DNA of 64,000 bases from an uncultured Acidimicrobiia bacterium (GTDB lineage Bacteria; Actinomycetota; Acidimicrobiia; Acidimicrobiales; AC-14). The notes beneath the pieces are model-generated. The model was not told the DNA's origin, searched no databases, and saw nothing but the letters and a program-made list of their open reading frames with translations. Positions 58,062 through 64,000 of the stretch are shown piece after piece; within the stretch, counting starts at the first letter, position 1; every line of letters starts with the position of its first letter. A program made the position numbers and the translations under genes. The stretch covers positions 618,796-682,795 of the forward strand of contig CAWIIV010000006.1 of assembly GCA_963836205.1 (NCBI GenBank), read 5' to 3'.

Positions 58062-58171
58062 GCCTGCCTGGTACTCCGGCCTGCCTGGTACTCCGGGCCT
58101 GCCTGGTAATCCGGGCCTGCCTGGTACTCCGGGCCTGCCTGGTGCTCCGGGCCCTCTGACTGGTGCTCTGG
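58062..58171. repeat. 18-bp tandem repeat GCCTGCCTGGTACTCCGG, 5 copies (one 17 bp) plus a degenerate sixth
   Basis: Units start at 58062, 58079, 58097, 58115, 58133 and 58151, between divergent genes. Confidence 0.92.
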
Positions 58172-58256
58172 GTCACACGCTTCCTTCGTCGATACACAAG
58201 CCGGCAAGCTTACGTTTGCCGCCGCGGGCGTCGACGCGCAAGGCTGGCAGCCTCCC

Positions 58257-59501
58257 ATGACTCCGCCCAAGCCCGAAACCCGCCCCCCCGCAAATCCGGC
58301 AGGTCGCCCCGAAGTCGATATCGAGAAGCTTCCCTGGCCGGGGGAGGAGCTGGTCAACCGGGTCACCGGCGGCACCGACCGGCTCAACTTCTTCACGTCC
58401 GGCCGCCAGTCGGTCCGCGACCTGGAGGCGGTGCTGGCCCTCATCCACCGCCGGCTCTCCGACTACGAGACCATCCTCGACTTCGGTAGCGGCTGCGGCC
58501 GCATCATGCTCTGGCTCGAGCACCTGTCGTCGACCTCGTCCCTCCACGGGATCGACATCGACGAGCGGGCCATCCAGTGGTCGCGCGACAACATGCCGTG
58601 GGCGACGTTCAAGGCCAACCAGCCGTTGCCGCCCATCGACTACCCCGACGCCACCTTCGACCTCGTCTTCAACCACAGCGTCTTCACCCACATCGACGAG
58701 AACTACCAGGACCAGTGGCTGGCCGAGCTGCGGCGGGTGGTCAAGCCTGGCGGCCACCTGATCCTGAGTGTCCACGGCGAGCCCGCCTTCCTGGTCTTCG
58801 AGGAGAACGTCAAGAAGAGCGGGGTGGGCGACCCCAGCCTCATCCGCCGGGAGCTGAGCACCAAGGGCATCTCGTTCATCCACGACGACGCCTTCACCGG
58901 CGGGCCCTTCCCCGACTTCTACCACTCCACCTTCCATGCCCCCTGGTACGTCTTCGAGCACTGGGGCCGGTTCTTCAACGTGGCCGCGTTCATCCCCCGG
59001 GGATCGATGGGCTTCCAGGACTTCGTCCTCCTCCAGCGCCCGCCCGACGACGTTCCCGGGGCGGTCAAGGGCGGGCCCATCACCGTCCAGCCGCTGGCCG
59101 TCTCCGCGGCCGCGGCCGCGGTCGGCACCGCCGGCATGGGCGGCGCGGCCAACGCCGCCGCCACGCCCGCCGAGGACGCCCTGTCCCGCGCCGGCCGCCT
59201 CCTCCACGAGGGCTACCAGGGGGGCCTGGACGAGCAGGGGGTCAACGCCACCGTCCGGCGCATGGTCGACCGGGCCATCCGGTCCCGGGCCACGTACCAG
59301 CGCGAGGTCGACGAGGCCCTCTTCACCGCCCTCTACGAGATGCGGGCCGCGCTCGACCAGCGCACCACCGGCGTTGGCGGCGTGCCCGTGGCCGAGCTGA
59401 ACGCCCGCCTGTGGGACGCCCTCCGGCTCCAGGGCCAGCGCATCAACCGGCTCGAGGCCGACCTGTGGGAAGCCCTCAAGGCCGGCCCGGCCGCCGACTG
59501 A
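58257..59501 (+). CDS. class I methyltransferase with C-terminal coiled coil
   Basis: ILDFGSGCGR, HSVFTH, WLAELRRVVKPGG; helical tail. Confidence 0.9.
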   Translation: MTPPKPETRPPANPAGRPEVDIEKLPWPGEELVNRVTGGTDRLNFFTSGRQSVRDLEAVLALIHRRLSDYETILDFGSGCGRIMLWLEHLSSTSSLHGIDIDERAIQWSRDNMPWATFKANQPLPPIDYPDATFDLVFNHSVFTHIDENYQDQWLAELRRVVKPGGHLILSVHGEPAFLVFEENVKKSGVGDPSLIRRELSTKGISFIHDDAFTGGPFPDFYHSTFHAPWYVFEHWGRFFNVAAFIPRGSMGFQDFVLLQRPPDDVPGAVKGGPITVQPLAVSAAAAAVGTAGMGGAANAAATPAEDALSRAGRLLHEGYQGGLDEQGVNATVRRMVDRAIRSRATYQREVDEALFTALYEMRAALDQRTTGVGGVPVAELNARLWDALRLQGQRINRLEADLWEALKAGPAAD

Positions 59502-59565
59502 CCCACCTCTCCGAGCGCCACCGCGGTCCCCGCCGGCCGATGACGCGCGAGGCTCGGTCCCTGCC

Positions 59566-62500
59566 ATGACCAGGCTCATCCCCGGCATCGAGGACATCCG
59601 CCGGCGGCTGGGCTACGCCACCCAGTCGCCCCGGCCCGCGCCCCCGCCCGCTCCCGCTCCTCCGGCCGACCGGACGCCGGCGCCGTCGCCGTCGCCCGCC
59701 CCCGAGCCGGAGGCCGAGGATCGCCGGCGCCCCAGGGGGCTGGCCGCCACCCTCGTCCGCCACCCCCTCGTTTCGGTGACGGGCCTGCTCACGGCCGTGC
59801 TGGCCGTCTTCTCCGGCCTGTGGACGAGGGGCGCCCTGCTCATCGACGGGCCCGGGATCGCCCTCTACGTGCGGCTGGCCACCGACTACGTCGCCGCCAT
59901 CGGACGGGTGCCCTACTGGGTGCCGGAGATGTGGTCGGGCGCCCCCGTGTGGGCCCTGGCCCCCTCGTTGCCGGCGATGCTGCTCGTGCCCGCCGCGTCG
60001 GTCTTCGGCCCCGCGGCGGCGGTGAAGGTGGCCATCCTCGCCTTTCAGGTGATCGGCGGCGTGGGCGCCTACGTCCTGGCCCGCTCCATCTGGGGCCGCT
60101 CCCCGGCCAACCTGGTGGCGGCCCTCGTCTACACGCTGCACCCGTTCGTGATCTCCCACGGTCCCCTGGCCGGGGCGGAGACGGCGTCGGGCGTGCTGGC
60201 CGCGGTCCCGTGGCTGGTGTGGAGCCTCCGCCTCGGGCTGCGGGGCGAGGGCACCCGCTACGTGGTCGCGGCCGGGTTCCTGGCCGCCTTCGCCGTGATC
60301 CACCAGGCCGAGCTGGCCTACGGCCTGGTCATCATGTGCGTCGTCCTGGTGGCGGCCGAGGCCGGCCGCCGGCGCAGCATCGGCTCGACCGAGCCCATCC
60401 GCAAGGTGCTGGCCCGGGCCGCAGCCGTCGGGGGCCTCACCCTGGCCCTGGTCGCCCACTGGCTGCTGCCGTTCCTGGCCCTGGGCAAGACGTTCATCCT
60501 GTCGCCCCCGGAGCTGGTGGAGGGCGAGCTCTACAACGGGATCGGGGCCAGCGTGGGCCGGGAGATCGGCATCTTCTTCACCCGGGCCAGCTACCGCACG
60601 GGCACGATCAGCTTCACCCGCGAGGGCATCCTGTCCGACTTCTTCTACCTGGGCTGGGTGTGCGTGGCGGTGTCGATCCTGTCCCTCGTCCTCATCAGCC
60701 GGCGCGACGGCGAACGGACCCTGTCGGCGGTGCTCCTCGTGTCCCTGGTGGGGATCTGGATGTCGACCGCGGCGGTGCCGCTGGCATCGAGCGGTCCCGC
60801 CCAACGGGGCCAGTGGATCGCGCTGGCCGTGGCCGGGGCCGTCGCCGGGCTGGCGGTGGGCGCCTTCGTCCGCCGCCTGGGCCTGCGCCGCCAGGGTCGG
60901 GTGCTGGCGGTGGTGGCCGGCCTGGGGCTGCTGGCCGCCCTGCCCTTCGTCACGCCCTTCCTCAGCCTGCAGACGTTCGTCCCCCTCGTGAGCAGCCTCC
61001 GGTTCCCCCGCTTCTACGTGGTGGCGCCCCTCGGCCTGGCCCTGGGGACGGCGTACCCCATCGTCCACCTGGCCCGGGAGGGCCTCCGCCGTCCGAGCCT
61101 GCGGGTGTTGCCACCGGCGGTGCTGGCCGGGGTGATCGCCCTCGCCTTCGTGGTCGACGTGCTCCCCTACCGGAGCTTCTACCGGCTCAACCCGCCGGCC
61201 GACGACGCCGCCTACCGGCAGATGACCGACAGCCTGGCCGCGGTCGGCGGCGACGCCCGGATCGCCACCGGCTCCATCGACCCCCGCTCCGTCACCGCGG
61301 TCATGGACACCGGCCGCCATCTTTCGGTGGGCTGGCCCCATCCGCTGGCCGGCGTCCACAACTGGCGGCTGAGCGGCGAGGCCTACGTCGCCCCCTTCGG
61401 GTACCGGGAGGCGGCCTACGGGCTGTCGAGCACCGGCTACCTGGCGGTGGAGGAGGTCACCGCCCGGGGGACGCCAGACGAGGCCGTGTCCGGCATCCGC
61501 CTCATCCGCAACCCCCGCATCCTGCCCCTGGTGCGCACCTACGACCAGGCGGTGGTCGTCGGCGACGCCGACCTGGCCCCGTTGCTGGCCACGTCCCTCG
61601 CCTCCCGCAACGTGGCCGTGGTCGACGAGATCGACGACGCCGAGCGCCGCCTGGGGGGCATGCCGGTGGCCTCGGTGCCGTCCGCTGCCGGCTGCCGGCC
61701 CGATTCGGTGGCCGGGCTGGGCCCGCTGGCGGGCGAGGTGGCGGTGGCCTGCGCCCTCGACCCGTGGGTGGGCGCCTTCTTCGCCGGCTCGACGCTCGAG
61801 GCCCTGCCGGGCCACGAGGTGGGCGGCGTCTACCCGGCGTTGGCGAACGGCCTGCGGGGGATCTCGGTGTGGCTCGACGGCAACCCCGGCCGGGCCGAGC
61901 TGGCCCTGTACGAGCTGGGCGGCGACGGCCACACCCTGGGTCCCGAGCTGGCCCGCAGCCAGGCGGTGGGGGTCGACGAATACGACCTCACCAGCTTCAC
62001 CTTCGACCCCATCCTCGACTCCGCCGGCCGCCAGTTCGTGTTCGTGCTGAGCTGCGCCACCTGCTCCCCCGACCTGGCCACCCGCGTGGTCACCGGCCCC
62101 ACCAGGGGCGACGCGCCCGGGAACCTGGTCGTCGACGGGCGACGGGAGCTGGGCCAGCAGATCGCGTTCGTCCCCGTCCACGACCGGCTCCCACCTGCGT
62201 CGAGGCCGGGGACGGTGGCGAGCGCCGAACGTCCGGGACCGGGTGAGTGGGCGATCAAGACCAGCGGCGGCTTCCCGGCCCTGCTGGTGGTGGCGGAGAC
62301 CTACTTCCCGGGGTGGAAGGCCACCGTCGACGGCAAGGAGGTGACGGTGGTGGAGGCCGACGGGGCCTTCGTCGGCATCCCCGTCCCCCCGGGCGACCAC
62401 GCCGTGGGCCTCGTCTACCAACGCCCGGCGACCGCCTACCTGGGCCGGGCCGTCACCTTCGGGACGATCGTGGCGGTCCTGTTCCTGTGGTGGCGGCGCC

Positions 62501-62742
62501 GTCGATCCCCCGACCGCGAGAGTCGCTCACGCCCGCCGGGCGACGACCTCGACGTGGGCGCCCCACCGGTTGAACCGGACTGGCAGACGACTCTCGACCC
62601 GCTCGAGCGCCGTCCATATGGCTCGGTCGCCGACGGGGAGGGCCCAGGCGGCGAAGGAGACGAGGCTGTGCTGCCGGGAGTCGACGACCTCGAACCCGGC
62701 CCCCGCCAGCAGTTCGAGAAGCGTCGCCGCCCGAAACCGTGA
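59566..62742 (+). CDS. large polytopic membrane protein, YfhO/PTPS-related (GT-C-like)
   Basis: PYWVPEMWSGAP first loop, many TMs, LRFPRF, LVVAETYFPGWKATVDG, VPPGDHAV. Confidence 0.8.
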   Translation: MTRLIPGIEDIRRRLGYATQSPRPAPPPAPAPPADRTPAPSPSPAPEPEAEDRRRPRGLAATLVRHPLVSVTGLLTAVLAVFSGLWTRGALLIDGPGIALYVRLATDYVAAIGRVPYWVPEMWSGAPVWALAPSLPAMLLVPAASVFGPAAAVKVAILAFQVIGGVGAYVLARSIWGRSPANLVAALVYTLHPFVISHGPLAGAETASGVLAAVPWLVWSLRLGLRGEGTRYVVAAGFLAAFAVIHQAELAYGLVIMCVVLVAAEAGRRRSIGSTEPIRKVLARAAAVGGLTLALVAHWLLPFLALGKTFILSPPELVEGELYNGIGASVGREIGIFFTRASYRTGTISFTREGILSDFFYLGWVCVAVSILSLVLISRRDGERTLSAVLLVSLVGIWMSTAAVPLASSGPAQRGQWIALAVAGAVAGLAVGAFVRRLGLRRQGRVLAVVAGLGLLAALPFVTPFLSLQTFVPLVSSLRFPRFYVVAPLGLALGTAYPIVHLAREGLRRPSLRVLPPAVLAGVIALAFVVDVLPYRSFYRLNPPADDAAYRQMTDSLAAVGGDARIATGSIDPRSVTAVMDTGRHLSVGWPHPLAGVHNWRLSGEAYVAPFGYREAAYGLSSTGYLAVEEVTARGTPDEAVSGIRLIRNPRILPLVRTYDQAVVVGDADLAPLLATSLASRNVAVVDEIDDAERRLGGMPVASVPSAAGCRPDSVAGLGPLAGEVAVACALDPWVGAFFAGSTLEALPGHEVGGVYPALANGLRGISVWLDGNPGRAELALYELGGDGHTLGPELARSQAVGVDEYDLTSFTFDPILDSAGRQFVFVLSCATCSPDLATRVVTGPTRGDAPGNLVVDGRRELGQQIAFVPVHDRLPPASRPGTVASAERPGPGEWAIKTSGGFPALLVVAETYFPGWKATVDGKEVTVVEADGAFVGIPVPPGDHAVGLVYQRPATAYLGRAVTFGTIVAVLFLWWRRRRSPDRESRSRPPGDDLDVGAPPVEPDWQTTLDPLERRPYGSVADGEGPGGEGDEAVLPGVDDLEPGPRQQFEKRRRPKP

Positions 62743-63216
62743 GTGGACACCCACCCCGTCCCAATGGGGGTGGACGGCGCGGCCGAGGCGGACGACGGGG
62801 TGGTCCTCGACGGTCTCGGCCACGATCAGGTGGCCCCCGGACCGCAAGACCCGCGCCGCCTCGGCCAGCACCGCCGGCGGATCGGGCAGGTGGTGGAGGA
62901 CGTGGATCGACCACACCACGCCCACCGAGGCCGAGCGCAGCGGCAGGTGGGTGGCGTCGCCGGCGACCACCGGCGCCTGGAGCCCGGCCTCCGCCGCCCG
63001 GGCTGGGTCGTACTCGAGTCCCACCGGGGTCAGACCGGCCCGCACCATCCGCCGCAGCCAGTAACCCCGGCCGCAGCCGAGGTCGAGCACCGTGCCGCCC
63101 AGGCCCAGGCCCAGGCGGACGAGGTGGTCCTCCATCCACCGGTTGGGGGACTGGGCGGTGTCGGGAACGCGCCGTCGCCCGGGGCCCGGGGGGACGACGT
63201 CGGTGACGCCGGTCAC
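62527..63216 (-). CDS. class I SAM-dependent methyltransferase
   Basis: VLDLGCGRG, GDATHLP, HVLHHL, RVLRSGG; GTG 63216 overlaps the upstream stop (GTGA). Confidence 0.85.
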   Translation of the reverse strand: MTGVTDVVPPGPGRRRVPDTAQSPNRWMEDHLVRLGLGLGGTVLDLGCGRGYWLRRMVRAGLTPVGLEYDPARAAEAGLQAPVVAGDATHLPLRSASVGVVWSIHVLHHLPDPPAVLAEAARVLRSGGHLIVAETVEDHPVVRLGRAVHPHWDGVGVHSRFRAATLLELLAGAGFEVVDSRQHSLVSFAAWALPVGDRAIWTALERVESRLPVRFNRWGAHVEVVARRA

Positions 63217-63803
63217 GACGATCGCGATGACCGGCGGCGCCGACCGAGGGCGAGGAGGAGGCAGGCGGCGGCGGGGACCGCGATCACGGCCCCGGCCACC
63301 ACCGACGGGCGGGGCCGCTCCTTGCCCTCCTGGTCCTGGTCGCGGGTGTCGACCAGGACCCTCGGGGGCGCGGCCGCGGGCGGGGCCACGACCTGCACGT
63401 CGACCACGGCCGTCCCCCGGATGAGGCGCCCGGCGTCGGCACTGCCCCCGCAGGCGACCACCCGCAGGGTGGACGGGCCCGCCCTGGTGGCGGTGGTGTC
63501 CCACGTAAGGGTGAAGTCGGCGGCGATCGCCGGCGGGTCGACGACCACGAAGTCCTTGCGGCTGTCGCCGACGAACAGCTCCACCTGGAACAGGGCCGTG
63601 GGGGCCTCCGCCCGCCCGCTCACCTCGACCCGCCCGCCCACCTCGGCGCCCGCCTCGGGCGTGGCCAGCTCGACGGTGGCCTCCTCCTCGCCCGGCGCAG
63701 GGCACGTCGCAGGCTGGGCCCGGGCCAGGCCGGGGAGCAGGATCGAGCCGCAGACCGCCAGCATCGGCCCGATCACGGCCAGCCAGATCTTCGGGCCGCG
63801 CAC
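63213..63803 (-). CDS. secreted Ig-like domain protein with C-terminal membrane anchor
   Basis: Signal peptide, VELFVG..WDTT...G..TLRVVA pattern, C-terminal TM followed by RRRR. Confidence 0.7.
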   Translation of the reverse strand: MRGPKIWLAVIGPMLAVCGSILLPGLARAQPATCPAPGEEEATVELATPEAGAEVGGRVEVSGRAEAPTALFQVELFVGDSRKDFVVVDPPAIAADFTLTWDTTATRAGPSTLRVVACGGSADAGRLIRGTAVVDVQVVAPPAAAPPRVLVDTRDQDQEGKERPRPSVVAGAVIAVPAAACLLLALGRRRRSSRSS

Positions 63804-64000
63804 CCCGGGAGGTTATGCTGCCCGGGCGAGCCGTCGGCGCCGGCCGTGTCGGTTGGTGGGCAGAAGGATGGGCTAGGGAGCCGGCCATTGGACCAGCGAG
63901 CCGAGGAGCGAGGGCTACTGCGGTCCATCACCGCGCCGTCGGCGGTGGCGCCGGCCGAGGTCGACGACTCCGCCCGCCCGGCCCCGGGCCAGGCGTCCAC

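Noticed and set aside
57958-58260. Collagen-like (GLPGTP)n ORF
   Set aside because: A by-product of the 18-bp repeat; it overlaps a minus-strand gene and has no signal peptide.
63773-64000. ORF at the right edge
   Set aside because: Too short and truncated to choose a frame or product.
1-64000. tRNA, rRNA, riboswitch, integrase, transposase or prophage
   Set aside because: None recognised by eye; tRNAscan-SE, Infernal/Rfam and ISEScan would be needed to exclude them.

Overview
Very GC-rich (roughly 70% or more by eye) actinobacterial DNA, probably Acidimicrobiia-like given the F420-LLM, DUF222-HNH, DUF5719 and DUF4235 genes and many leaderless starts; the taxonomy is inference. Four single-base frameshifts suggest a long-read assembly. 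1-21 kb is accessory: a truncated STAND-type NTPase operon, OsmC, an LLM oxidoreductase, secreted beta-propeller proteins, TetR/MFS, RmlA, a LexA-boxed HNH gene, and an S8 protease preceded by a stand-alone copy of its own propeptide. 21-32 kb holds three GT4s, YccA, a Liv-type ABC transporter and YqgE. 32-64 kb is a large surface-glycan locus (Wzm/Wzt, GT2/GT4, a WbdD-like methyltransferase/kinase-like/coiled-coil protein, about seven methyltransferase-fold genes, a YfhO-like GT-C), interrupted by PrimPol, RsiV-like, MmcQ and PhoX genes. Best candidates for something undescribed: (1) tiny bridging ORFs with NTGA start/stop overlaps at both ends that span intergenic gaps, including a chain of three MKKSx pentapeptides built from a 14-bp repeat upstream of the STAND gene; (2) the membrane-tethered free S8 propeptide; (3) families of ~47-bp hairpin elements, some in frame inside genes. 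No CRISPR, rRNA, tRNA or transposase was recognised. All family calls come from motif recognition, not database searches.
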